DNA of 63,842 nucleotides, filler included, from Octopus bimaculoides (GCF_001194135.2; 7 parts of 6 records of this genome joined end to end with filler, not necessarily neighbours in it), one strand, 5' to 3'; numbered from the whole stretch's first letter, positions 50,146 to 62,577 are shown. Made by a program: numbers and translations. The notes: generated from the sequence alone by a model not told the origin.

Positions 50146-51419
50146 NNNNNNNNNNNNNNNNNNNNNNNNNNNNNNNNNNNNNNNNNNNNNNNNNNNNNNN
50201 NNNNNNNNNNNNNNNNNNNNNNNNNNNNNNNNNNNNNNNNNNNNNNNNNNNNNNNNNNNNNNNNNNNNNNNNNNNNNNNNNNNNNNNNNNNNNNNNNNNN
50301 NNNNNNNNNNNNNNNNNNNNNNNNNNNNNNNNNNNNNNNNNNNNNNNNNNNNNNNNNNNNNNNNNNNNNNNNNNNNNNNNNNNNNNNNNNNNNNNNNNNN
50401 NNNNNNNNNNNNNNNNNNNNNNNNNNNNNNNNNNNNNNNNNNNNNNNNNNNNNNNNNNNNNNNNNNNNNNNNNNNNNNNNNNNNNNNNNNNNNNNNNNNN
50501 NNNNNNNNNNNNNNNNNNNNNNNNNNNNNNNNNNNNNNNNNNNNNNNNNNNNNNNNNNNNNNNNNNNNNNNNNNNNNNNNNNNNNNNNNNNNNNNNNNNN
50601 NNNNNNNNNNNNNNNNNNNNNNNNNNNNNNNNNNNNNNNNNNNNNNNNNNNNNNNNNNNNNNNNNNNNNNNNNNNNNNNNNNNNNNNNNNNNNNNNNNNN
50701 NNNNNNNNNNNNNNNNNNNNNNNNNNNNNNNNNNNNNNNNNNNNNNNNNNNNNNNNNNNNNNNNNNNNNNNNNNNNNNNNNNNNNNNNNNNNNNNNNNNN
50801 NNNNNNNNNNNNNNNNNNNNNNNNNNNNNNNNNNNNNNNNNNNNNNNNNNNNNNNNNNNNNNNNNNNNNNNNNNNNNNNNNNNNNNNNNNNNNNNNNNNN
50901 NNNNNNNNNNNNNNNNNNNNNNNNNNNNNNNNNNNNNNNNNNNNNNNNNNNNNNNNNNNNNNNNNTAAAGAGGCATGGCTTTTGTATGGTCAGACTTGTT
51001 TGTTTAGTACTTTTAAGGTGGGGGAGGAAAAAGAAGAGAAAGGAAAAAGAATTTTTTTATTTGAATTGGTCAAAGTTTTAATTGAAAAACCTGATGTTGT
51101 TTTTGACTTTCTTCAGTAAAAATTATAATTGCATTTCCAGGTCTTGCTCTTTTGTGTTCATTAAAGAATAATAGTATACATGAGCAAAAACATTTGAGTA
51201 TTTACACTCGAAGTAAATGGGCCAGAATCTGACACCATGGTATATGAGTATCTGAATGGCATATTCTTTAAAGGTATGCTTTTTCAATGTCTTAATTCTT
51301 AATGCATTTCCTCGCCTACTGTTGTTTTTCTTTTATTTAGTGCCTTCCAGCAGTTGAATTAGGAATTTAGCTCCTATTTCTAAACAGGTCAATGCTTTTT
51401 CTGCATCCTCATGCCTTGT

Positions 51420-51598
51420 GCTAAGATCGCTAGCCACTAAACCTTTTTCTATTTTCTCTCCCTCTTTATTTCTGGGTTCCTTTCTGTCAAAGAGCATAGG
51501 CTCAAAACGTAAGAGACTTTCTCACTTCCCGAGCATTAAACTGTTCGTTGTTTACACACCCGTCTTTGTCTTTTGCTTTTTTGTAAATTCTCACTATA
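51420..51598 (+). mobile_element. Family D repeat, copy 2
   Basis: Similar to the other family D copies: ACTAGCCACTAAAC...GAGCATAGGCTCAAAACGT...AAATTCTCACTATA. Confidence 0.7.
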
Positions 51599-53109
51599 TN
51601 NNNNNNNNNAATTTTCATACTGGTGGCTAGCATGTGTAATAAAGTCATGCATAAATATGTGTTAATTTTAGCGACCTCACTGAAGAAGTACGGATGGCAA
51701 ATTAATTTATTTACACATTGATACAGAAACTTGAGTTTGAGGATAACTACAAAAAAATCTTTTATTTTCATTCCCTTTGAAATTACCCTTATTCATGGTT
51801 TGGGCTTTGACTGCCCTTTCTGGCATGTAAGGTGTATAAATACTTAAAATTGTTTATACACTATTATATATGTATACATACAACAGACTTCTTTTCAGTT
51901 TCCATCTGCCAAAATCACTCACAAGGCTTTGGCCAGCCCGAAACTATAGAAGACACCTACCCAAGGTGCCACACAGTGTGACTGAACCCAGAACCATGTG
52001 GTTGGGAAGCAAACTTCTTACCACACAGCCTACAGATGTTTCCATGCACCAGGCCATTGATGCATGTCTTTGTTACTATATATATATGTCTGTAAATAAG
52101 GTTTAAGCTTGGGTCAGTCTTAAGTCCTAGGACTCATAAGACCAGGGTTTAACCTGATTTTCATAGTATATAATTGACTGTGATTACAACACCCAACCCC
52201 TGACCACTACACACACCCCTGGATGGGATACCAGTCCATCTCAGAGTTAACTTCCCAGTCATTGCTGGAACTCGTTTACTGTTCAGTAAACTTCAGCTCA
52301 AGAAGACAACTCACTACTCGAACTAGGAACTGAACTCCTGAGCTTGTGATGCTGAGCCTAACACTCTAACCATTAAGAAAGCCACACACCTTCAATAAAC
52401 TTATAGAAATGCTGTTTTTATGCACCAGGCCACTGGTGCATGCATTTGTTATTATATACTCATCTGGGAACAAGACACTGTTAGTAAAACAGATGGAATC
52501 GTAATGTAGAAAGAAACATTGAAATACTTCGTCTTTGAAGTTAAGGATTTAATAATCTGAAAAATTATAATCTTGTAAGCAACAAATCATCACAAATATT
52601 TAGTGATTAAATTGGGGCAAACTTTATATTTATATGTATTCATATGTTTAGATGCAAGCATAAATGTGTGGTTAAGAAACTCGTTTCTTATCTACTTGGT
52701 TCCAGGTTCAGTCCTAGTGCACAGCACTCTTCTACTAGAGCTCTAAGTCAATCAAACCTTGTGAGCGGATTTGGTAAACAGAAACTGAACATAGCTTGTT
52801 GTATATATATCCCTTAGACTCCGCCCTTGCTTCCCCACTTTCGCCTCCCCCACACCCCAACACCACACCACACCACATCACCACCCCGCGCACACTAGCA
52901 CTGACCACTTGGCAGTACCTACACCATCATCCACACACTTACACATGCACACATGCTCACGTCAAGGTCACCAGCCCCCTTCACACACATATACACGCTC
53001 TCACATACACACGCATATGCACCTTCGTTTTGGGATCACTACAACTTTATTATCTCCCCTTCTTCCTAGCTCTCCTGTGTGACCCCTCTGTCCGGCATTC
53101 ACCATGATA

Positions 53110-53291
53110 TATCACTAGCCACTAAACCTTTTCTATTTTCTTTCTCTGTTTATTTCTGTGTTCCTTTCTGTTGAAGAGCATAGGCGCGAAACATAAAAGA
53201 CTTTCTCACTTCCCAAGTGTTAAAATAATACATCTGTTTGTTGTTTACGCATCTGTCTTCGTCTTTTGTTTTTTATAAATTCTCACCATAC

Positions 53292-53292
<1 letters not shown>
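53110..53292 (+). mobile_element. Family D repeat, copy 3
   Basis: Same family. Preceded by a C/A-rich low-complexity stretch (52810-53105). Confidence 0.7.
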
Positions 53293-53327
<35 letters not shown>

Positions 53328-53462
53328 GCACATTTAAATATAGGATAAAATCTTTATGAGAGTCCGAGGTGGGGTTATTGTCTATAGGGGGTAAGTGTCC
53401 TAGACTCATATCTATCTATCTATCTATCTATCTCAACTATCTATTTATCTATCTACCTATCA

Positions 53463-53500
<38 letters not shown>

Positions 53501-53695
53501 NNNNNNNNNNNNNNNNNNNNNNNNNNNNNNNNNNNNNNNNNNNNTTAATTAATTAANNNNNNNNNNNNNNNNNNNNNNNNNNNNNNNNNNNNNNNNNNNN
53601 GTCAGAATGTGTGTGTGTGTGTGTGGTTGTGTCTGTGACTGTGTGAGCGTGTGACTACGTGTATGTGCAATTGTACGCGACTGCGCCTGTCTGCT

Positions 53696-53726
<31 letters not shown>

Positions 53727-54147
53727 ACCTGTGTTTGTGTTTGTTAAAAACGCAACTGTGTGTGTGTGTGTGTGTGTGTGTGTTGGAGAGAAAAACTGCG
53801 TGGTTTATTGTTTGTGACTCAATTGTGAATATTACTCTGTGTGTGTGTGTGTATGTATTGGTATGTGTTACTGTGTACATAGAGTGTGTGCGTTTTGGGT
53901 TTGACCACGTGACTGCGTGTAACTGCATATACATCTGCATGTATGTGTGTGTGACTATGTGACTGTGTGTTCGGCTGCGTGACTGAATGACAGAGTGTAC
54001 ATCTGTTTGTGCGATTTGATGTGTGTGTTTGTGTGTATGCATGTGTANNNNNNNNNNNNNNNNNNNNNNNNNNNNNNNNNNNNNNNNNNNNNNNNNNNNN
54101 NNNNNNNNNNNNNNNNNNNNNNNNNNNNNNNNNNNNNNNNNNNNNNN

Positions 54148-54526
54148 TATAGAAGTACAAAGTACATAAGGAATTAGAGGATGAACAGAAGTTAAATCTT
54201 ACAGCTGTTTCGGCCTAGTTTAGCAAGCCTCATTCTATCCGAATATTCCTTTCCCGAGTGATTATTGGATGACATTTTGAAATGGGGTTACATGCCCGAA
54301 CCTCTAGGCCTCTTCAGAGATTCACAAAGGGTTACATACAAATGTAGAGCAAGAGGTAAAAACAGAGGTGTGGTAGAGATCAGAAGAAAAACAACAGCAA
54401 AAATAAGATAGAAATAAAAATAAAAAGTAAAATTAAAATCAAAATATAAATAAAAATAAAAATAAAAATAAGGGTACAGCAGGAAAAAAAAAATAAAGAA
54501 TACATAAATGAAGGTATAGCATGTGG
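54148..54526 (-). mobile_element. Penelope-like pseudo-LTR fragment containing an HHR
   Basis: Carries the HHR at 54194-54323 downstream of a T-rich tract on the minus strand. Bounded by gaps; no ORF visible. Confidence 0.5.
54194..54323 (-). ncRNA. Type I hammerhead ribozyme with large helix-II insertion
   Basis: Minus strand reads GAAUCU-CUGAAGA-GGCCUAG-(85 nt)-CUAGGCC-GAAAC-AGCU-GUA-AGAUUU: complete core, 7-bp helix II, 6-bp helix I, palindromic tetraloop in helix III, GUA cleavage triplet. Confidence 0.8.
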
Positions 54527-55509
54527 NNNNNNNNNNNNNNNNNNNNNNNNNNNNNNNNNNNNNNNNNNNNNNNNNNNNNNNNNNNNNNNNNNNNNNNNNN
54601 NNNNNNNNNNNNNNNNNNNNNNNNNNNNNNNNNNNNNNNNNNNNNNNNNNNNNNNNNNNNNNNNNNNNNNNNNNNNNNNNNNNNNNNNNNNNNNNNNNNN
54701 NNNNNNNNNNNNNNNNNNNNNNNNNNNNNNNNNNNNNNNNNNNNNNNNNNNNNNNNNNNNNNNNNNNNNNNNNNNNNNNNNNNNNNNNNNNNNNNNNNNN
54801 NNNNNNNNNNNNNNNNNNNNNNNNNNNNNNNNNNNNNNNNNNNNNNNNNNNNNNNNNNNNNNNNNNNNNNNNNNNNNNNNNNNNNNNNNNNNNNNNNNNN
54901 NNNNNNNNNNNNNNNNNNNNNNNNNNNNNNNNNNNNNNNNNNNNNNNNNNNNNNNNNNNNNNNNNNNNNNNNNNNNNNNNNNNNNNNNNNNNNNNNNNNN
55001 NNNNNNNNNNNNNNNNNNNNNNNNNNNNNNNNNNNNNNNNNNNNNNNNNNNNNNNNNNNNNNNNNNNNNNNNNNNNNNNNNNNNNNNNNNNNNNNNNNNN
55101 NNNNNNNNNNNNNNNNNNNNNNNNNNNNNNNNNNNNNNNNNNNNNNNNNNNNNNNNNNNNNNNNNNNNNNNNNNNNNNNNNNNNNNNNNNNNNNNNNNNN
55201 NNNNNNNNNNNNNNNNNNNNNNNNNNNNNNNNNNNNNNNNNNNNNNNNNNNNNNNNNNNNNNNNNNNNNNNNNNNNNNNNNNNNNNNNNNNNNNNNNNNN
55301 NNNNNNNNNNNNNNNNNNNNNNNNNNNNNNNNNNNNNNNNNNNNNNNNNNNNNNNNNNNNNNNNNNNNNNNNNNNNNNNNNNNNNNNNNNNNNNNNNNNN
55401 NNNNNNNNNNNNNNNNNNNNNNNNNNNNNNNNNNNNNNNNNNNNNNNNNNNNNNNNNNNNNNNNNNNNNNNNNNNNNNNNNNNNNNNNNNNNNNNNNNNN
55501 NNNNNNNNN

Positions 55510-55650
55510 ATATATTGTTCAACTTCACAGAAAACAAAAGACGAAGACAGGTGTAGGAACAACAGGCAAGTGTATTAGTTTAACGCGCGGGAAGAATGTA
55601 AATGTCATTTACGTTTCGAGCCTAGGCTCTTCAGCAGAAAGGGTTAAGAG
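55510..55650 (-). mobile_element. Family D repeat, copy 4
   Basis: Minus strand CCCTTT-CTGCTGA-A-GAGCCTAGGCTC-GAAAC-GTA. Confidence 0.7.
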
Positions 55651-55729
55651 GTAAAACAAAAAACGGAGTGAGGAAAAATGCGCAGAGTTCGACGGTCAAA
55701 CACACACACATGCACACACACACACACAC

Positions 55730-55767
<38 letters not shown>

Positions 55768-56164
55768 ATTTGTGTGTCTGAGAGGAAAATATTGTTGATA
55801 TGAATCTTGAGTAGACAGAAGAGAAAACCTACTCCACGGACATAGCATCTTGAATCTTTCTACTTGAGACATTCAGCGCAACATTCCACCCTCTGCTGAT
55901 ATCAGCAACTAAAACACAGTCATCTATTTGTTTTCAATGAGGTCTCTTGCCATATCTTCGAGGTCCCTCACCGCACCAAGGAAGTCCTTCGCCATGTCTA
56001 AGAGGTCTTTCAATGAAGTCCCTCGCCACACAACAATCTCTCTCGCATTACAACTTCAACGAGGTCTCTCACCACTTCATGTCCTTCACTATACCAACAA
56101 CGAGGCCCCGTCGACGCATTAACGAGTTCACTTCTACATCAACCATGTCCCTCCCTACTGCTTG

Positions 56165-56502
56165 TACTGCAAAAACGTACACCAGCGGCCACCCAACTGG
56201 TACTTGGTTTATCGACCCCGAAAGGATGAAAGGCAAAGTCGACCTCGGCGGAATTTGAACTCAGAACGTAAAGATAGACAAAATAAGCATTTCACCCGGC
56301 GTGCTAATGTTTCTGCCAGCTCGCCGCCTTGACGACCTAAAATATTCTTTTCTATTCTAGGCGCAAGGCCCCGAAATTTTGGAGGAGGGAGCCAGTCGAT
56401 TAGATCGACTTCAGTACACAACTGGTACTTAATTTATTGACCCCGAAATGAAGAAAGGCAAAAATCGACCTCGGCGGAATTTGAACTCAGAACGTAGTGC
56501 CA
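56165..56502 (-). mobile_element. Two family B SINE monomers
   Basis: GGATGAAAGGCAAAGTCGACCTCGGCGGAATTTGAACTCAGAACGTA occurs twice (second copy slightly diverged). Confidence 0.8.
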
Positions 56503-57557
56503 NNNNNNNNNNNNNNNNNNNNNNNNNNNNNNNNNNNNNNNNNNNNNNNNNNNNNNNNNNNNNNNNNNNNNNNNNNNNNNNNNNNNNNNNNNNNNNNNNN
56601 NNNNNNNNNNNNNNNNNNNNNNNNNNNNNNNNNNNNNNNNNNNNNNNNNNNNNNNNNNNNNNNNNNNNNNNNNNNNNNNNNNNNNNNNNNNNNNNNNNNN
56701 NNNNNNNNNNNNNNNNNNNNNNNNNNNNNNNNNNNNNNNNNNNNNNNNNNNNNNNNNNNNNNNNNNNNNNNNNNNNNNNNNNNNNNNNNNNNNNNNNNNN
56801 NNNNNNNNNNNNNNNNNNNNNNNNNNNNNNNNNNNNNNNNNNNNNNNNNNNNNNNNNNNNNNNNNNNNNNNNNNNNNNNNNNNNNNNNNNNNNNNNNNNN
56901 NNNNNNNNNNNNNNNNNNNNNNNNNNNNNNNNNNNNNNNNNNNNNNNNNNNNNNNNNNNNNNNNNNNNNNNNNNNNNNNNNNNNNNNNNNNNNNNNNNNN
57001 NNNNNNNNNNNNNNNNNNNNNNNNNNNNNNNNNNNNNNNNNNNNNNNNNNNNNNNNNNNNNNNNNNNNNNNNNNNNNNNNNNNNNNNNNNNNNNNNNNNN
57101 NNNNNNNNNNNNNNNNNNNNNNNNNNNNNNNNNNNNNNNNNNNNCACACATATAGTATTTAAAACAGTTTGAGTAATTTTCCGTGCTACTTTAAGTTTCA
57201 CTGGCCCCTCCTTGGATCTTTCTGATTTGGCGGACACCATTTGTTTTCTTAACGAAACACTTTCAAACTTGGGACACTGGTAGGATGAGTCATATAAAAC
57301 ATCTTTTACTCTTTGTGTTATTGAGAAAATTTTATCTTTTTAAAGTTATTTCGCGTTAAAATTGTCGTATTTCGGTAATTTCAACCAATCACTGACGTCT
57401 ATTGAGGTGAAAACAATTACTGCAGCGGAATGCAAGCAACACGTTCTAGCGGTGTAATGGGATCTTTTCCTTTGAATAAAGTTAGTGCCGTTGTTTGTCA
57501 ACAACAACTATCGGCGGTACTATTATTTATGACATCGTTCGTGCGTTTGTACTGGTT

Positions 57558-57658
57558 TTAGCTTTAGGGTTTTAGGGTTAGGGTTCGGGTTTTAGAGTTG
57601 GGGTTAGGGTTCGGGTTTTAGAGTTGGGGTTAGGGTTAGGGTTTTGGGGTTAGGGTTA
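57558..57658 (+). repeat. Degenerate interstitial telomere-like (TTAGGG)n tract
   Basis: TTAGGG and variants TTCGGG, TTGGGG, TTAGAG; exact 26-bp duplication at 57581-57606 and 57607-57632. Confidence 0.85.
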
Positions 57659-58152
57659 TGAGTATTTTTGCCAAATTTGGTGAAAAATTTGTGGCGGTGT
57701 ATTGAACAGATTTTCACCAAATTTAGCAGGCATTTTTTTCTAAAGAAAAAAGAAGAATAAATGTCCTTTTGTGAATTTGTTCGACTAAGACCCATCAAAG
57801 CAGTACTCCAGTATGTACACAGCTCATTAATTAAAACAAGTAAACGGTAATTATTGTGAAACAGCAATACACGCATACATATACATACATCTATACATAA
57901 ACACGTATATATGTGTGGGCGTCTATGTGTGTGTGTGTGTGTGTGATCGCCTGCCGTGCAGTAACAGAGCTACCAGGATGTTATATTTAGTCGTTTGGTA
58001 ATACCAGTTGAAAACTCACTATGACATTGAGGTAGATCCGGCCTCCCTCGTTAACGGGGACAGAACCCGGATTTAAAACACTGGATGATGATGATGATGA
58101 TATTGATGATGATGATAATGATGCTGCTGCTGCTGATGATGATGATGATAAG

Positions 58153-58300
58153 AATGTCAAGAGACACTTTATGACCTTAAACATCGAATAACAACAGCGA
58201 TCAACTCAGTGGACCGTGATACGCTGATACGCGTCTAGGAGGAATTCTCTTACCACACTGGTGTTGCCCGTGCTGCAGGTGGTGGCCACATTGAGCACTA
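58153..58300 (+). mobile_element. Tc1/mariner-superfamily transposase C-terminal remnant
   Basis: ETLYDLKHRITTAINSVDRDTLIRV*EEFSYHTGVARAAGGGHIEH* resembles the P.TL.ELK.RI..AI..I....L.RVW.EF.YR...C....G.HIEH ending. Confidence 0.65.
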
Positions 58301-58449
58301 ACCCTAAGACAGGAAATAAAAGATGATTGTGAGTAAATACTTGTGACTTAGCTGGAGTTTTCTATTGCTTTCCCTTATTAAAATATTGCGTAATGAAATC
58401 GGTTTATTGTATTTTTTTTTAATAACCCTGTGTGTGTGTGTGTGTGTGT

Positions 58450-58645
58450 CGGTCGCCATGATCGACCGCTAACCACTAGCGCTTTTTTTATTCTCTCTCT
58501 GTTTATTTTCTTGTGTTCCTTTCTGCCGAAGAGCGTAGGCTCGAAACATAAAAGACTTTCTCGCCTTCCCGAGCGTTAAACTAATACACCTGTTTGTTGT
58601 TTACACACCTGTCTTCGCCTTTTGTTTCCTGCAAATTCCAACTAT
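58450..58645 (+). mobile_element. Family D repeat, copy 5
   Basis: CTGCCGAAGAGCGTAGGCTCGAAACATAAAAGACTTT...AAATTCCAACTATA. Confidence 0.7.
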
Positions 58646-59186
58646 ATATATATATATATANNNNNNNNNNNNNNNNNNNNNNNNNNNNNNNNNNNNNNNN
58701 NNNNNNNNNNNNNNNNNNNNNNNNNNNNNNNNNNNNNNNNNNNNNNNNNNNNNNNNNNNNNNNNNNNNNNNNNNNNNNNNNNNNNNNNNNNNNNNNNNNN
58801 NNNNNNNNNNNNNNNNNNNNNNNNNNNNNNNNNNNNNNNNNNNNNNNNNNNNNNNNNNNNNNNNNNNNNNNNNNNNNNNNNNNNNNNNNNNNNNNNNNNN
58901 NNNNNNNNNNNNNNNNNNNNNNNNNNNNNNNNNNNNNNNNNNNNNNNNNNNNNNNNNNNNNNNNNNNNNNNNNNNNNNNNNNNNNNNNNNNNNNNNNNNN
59001 NNNNNNNNNNNNNNNNNNNNNNNNNNNNNNNNNNNNNNNNNNNNNNNNNNNNNNNNNNNNNNNNNNNNNNNNNNNNNNNNNNNNNNNNNNNNNNNNNNNN
59101 NNNNNNNNNNNNNNNNNNNNNNNNNNNNNNAAGGTACCCATTCTCCACCGACCCGCAGTATTCACCAATAGGAAAAATAAACTATA

Positions 59187-59560
59187 GGCGCAGGAGTGGC
59201 TGTGTGGTAAGTAGCCTGCCTACCAACCACATGGTTCTGGGTTCAGTCCCACTGCGTGGCACCTTGGGCAAGTGTCTGCTATTATAGCCTCGGGCCGACC
59301 AAAGCCTTGTGAGTGGATTTGATAGACGGAAACTGAAAGAAGCCCGTCGTATGTGTGTGTGTTTGTGTGTTTGTGTGTCTGTGTTTGTGTGTCTGTGTTT
59401 GTGTGTTTGTGTGTCGGTGTTTGTCCTTCGCTTGACAACCGATGCTGGTGTGTTTACGTCCCCGTAACTTAGCGTTACAAAGAATAAGTCCTGGCGTCGA
59501 TTTGTCCTGGCGTCGATTTGGCCACAGTCAAATGACTGAAACAATTAAAAGAATAAAAGA
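59187..59560 (+). mobile_element. tRNA-derived CORE-like SINE family A, full length (probably octopus OR-type)
   Basis: GGCGCAGGAGTGGCTGTGTGGTAAG head, GGTTCAGTCCC B-box-like, CACCTTGGGCAAGTG CORE-like block, central (TG)n, tail ending CAGTCAAATGACTGAAAC..AAAAGA. About 20 full or partial copies in the window. Family name from memory. Confidence 0.8.
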
Positions 59561-59689
59561 AGAATGGTTGCCAGCAGAGGCATGCTCTGTTAATGAGCTT
59601 CAAGTCACAGGTAGCTAGCAACCCAGGTATAGCACTCTAGGACTAGCTGTCCCGCACGAAAGGGCTGATGCCCGTATCGGCTACATGCT

Positions 59690-60050
59690 GGGGCACCATG
59701 TTGTGGAATTTTAGTCGAATAAATCAACCCTAATACTTATTCTATCAGCCTTTCTTTACCGATCTACAATCTTACAGGAACGTAAACACAGCAACACTGG
59801 TTGTCAAGCAGTGAGCGGGGCGGGGTGGGGACACAGATACGGATAAAGTGCACGTGGCACGCGTCCCCACCCACCACACATACAACGGGTTTCTTATAAT
59901 TTCCGCCGACCAAATTCACTAACAAGGACTTGGTCGGCCTGAGGCTATGGTAGAAGACATCTGCCCATGGTATCACGTAGTGGGACTGAAACCGGAACCA
60001 TGCGGTTGGGAGACACACTTTTTTTACCACGCAGCCACTCCTGCGCAAAC
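59690..60050 (-). mobile_element. Family A SINE, inverted relative to 59187-59560
   Basis: Reverse complement of head (GCAGGAGTGGCTGCGTGGT) and tail blocks; more diverged. Confidence 0.75.
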
Positions 60051-60894
60051 ATCTCGATATTCAATTGAGATCACAGATGGGCCTGGATCACGACAAGAAA
60101 CTCAAATGAGGGCAACATTGGTGTTGCATTAAATATGATATATAGATGGCCATTTTGATCTAATATTACTTCTGCTGCACCCACACCCACACACACACAC
60201 ACACAAATACGCGCACATACAGTCACACAGACACACACACACATACATACGCACAAACACACATACGGTCACACACACACACGTACACACATACACACGC
60301 ACACACACATACACACGCACACACGCACACACACACACGCACACACAAACAAACACACACACACATATCCGCATGCACACACATACAAGAATACTCCCCT
60401 GTCACTACCCCTGTCCAGTAACCCAGTAATCAGGGGATTATTTCTAGGATTACTTTGTCTGCTGGAAATAGCAGCTAAATGTCTCTCAAACAACATCTTA
60501 CCTCTTTAGATAAAGAAAAACTGACTTAGCATTGTAATTAATGATATAGAAAAGCCTAGATGGTGGCCATCTAGGCTTGGCGGTTGGAGCTCCTTTGGTG
60601 ATAGGTCTATTCAACAAAAGGCGACTAATTTGATATGGATCTCATTTTAGTATCCCCATCAAAATTTGATTTATACAAGAAGTCTCCACTTCCAAATGTG
60701 GCCAAACCTGTCAAAAAAGAATTCTTCACTTAGAAAATATACACTCGCGTTTGTAAAGTAACGTTTCAAGGGAAATAATGGTGTTTTTATAGTTATGAAT
60801 TATCTCTCTTAGTACAAATTTGCTAGTTTAGAAATTGAAAACCAGAGGCGCTGCTGTATGCTTAAGAGGTTGGAATCGCTTCTATCTATCTATC

Positions 60895-61235
60895 GTGGAG
60901 GCGCAATGGCTCAGTGGTTAGGGCAGCGGACTCGCGGTCATAGGATCGCGATTTCGATTTCCAGACCGGGCGTTGTGAGTGTTTATTGAGCGAAAACACC
61001 TAAAGGTCCACGAGGCTCCGGCAGGAGATGGTGCCGAACCCTGCTGTACTCTTTCACCACAACTTTCTCTCATTCTTACTTCCTGTTTCTGTTGTGCCTG
61101 TAATTCAAAGGGTCGGCCTTGTCATACTCTGTGTCACGTTGAATATCCCCGAGAACTACGTTAAGGGTACACATGTCTGTGGAGTGCTCAGCCACTTGCA
61201 TGTTAATTTCACGAGCAGGCTGTTCCGTTGATCAG
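60895..61235 (+). mobile_element. tRNA-derived SINE family C, truncated by a scaffold join
   Basis: A box TGGCTCAGTGG; colinear and highly similar to 30254-30643. Confidence 0.85.
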
Positions 61236-61912
61236 NNNNNNNNNNNNNNNNNNNNNNNNNNNNNNNNNNNNNNNNNNNNTTAATTAATTAANNNNNNNNN
61301 NNNNNNNNNNNNNNNNNNNNNNNNNNNNNNNNNNNCGTGTAGAAATTCGTGCAGATTAATCCTTGTGTGAATAATCCGGAAATTTATGTTGGAACGAAAG
61401 TTGATATAGCTTAGGTGGTAGAGGTATATATATTCCATCTTGCAATAGATTTTTGCTTGTTTAGTAGAAGGATGTCCAAGCCAAGAAAAGGAATTTAACA
61501 AATACTTATTAACAAATTGCTCATCTTCGCTTCTTACACCCGTTTCAATTACTACTCAGTAATGTAATTACAAATTTATACATTTATGTGACATGAGTAT
61601 AATTGCATCACAGAAACATAAAGATTTACCTTTGGATGTTTACCTTTGGATTTACCTTTGGATTTACCTGACAGTTCATTTCAGCAGATTCAATTTGTTA
61701 ATAATAAATAATTTGTTAATAATAGCTAATTAACTTCCTTATTTCCATTCTCCGTTGTTCTTTTAACTGGATATAAACTATATGCTTAATATATACCCAT
61801 TGTGTTAACGGAATTTCATTCCCCGACAATACTAGGTATTAAAGCAGTTAATCATCCCTTCATGAGATTAACATATCCTCTAATTAAATTTGTATATATA
61901 TATATATATCAT

Positions 61913-61976
<64 letters not shown>

Positions 61977-62577
61977 CATATATATGTGTATACATATACA
62001 TATACTACCTTGTCCCAAATGTGAAGCCAATATTATCACTAAGTTTACTGGGTGCACCTGTGTATATACAAATTTAGCTGCACATACAAATTTGCATGGA
62101 GAATACATACATACATACATAAACATATGTATAGATAAATACATACACGCACACCCATACACACACATAAACCCACACATGCATACACATAGAAATGGGT
62201 AAAAATTGTAGTTGAGTGCCTTTACTATAGCAGTCCTTATATATTAAATTACCTTCAAATATAAGTACAGAATATGTATCTGAAAAAACTTGTACAATTC
62301 ACAATGACAAGATTACAGTAATGTGCGACTGTGCACGATGTGTGGTGTACATATACGCGTGCGCACACACGCGCGAGCGCGAGCACCCTCCAACGCACAT
62401 ACACATGATATTCCTCAATGCCTCTGGCAATTCCGATGCAACCCCTCAATTGCCATCGGATTAAATCCTTTCTTCAAGTTTTCAAAGCATCCACGTGAAA
62501 CAAACACACTTTTACTCACTTCAACAACTTCCTTTTTTAACTGATTAACCAAATTGAACGTCATTTGTCACGCAATA

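Noticed and set aside
60895-60975. tRNA-like sequence with A and B boxes (also at 30254, 49848 and 59187)
   Set aside because: These are heads of multi-copy SINEs followed by SINE bodies; no complete cloverleaf.
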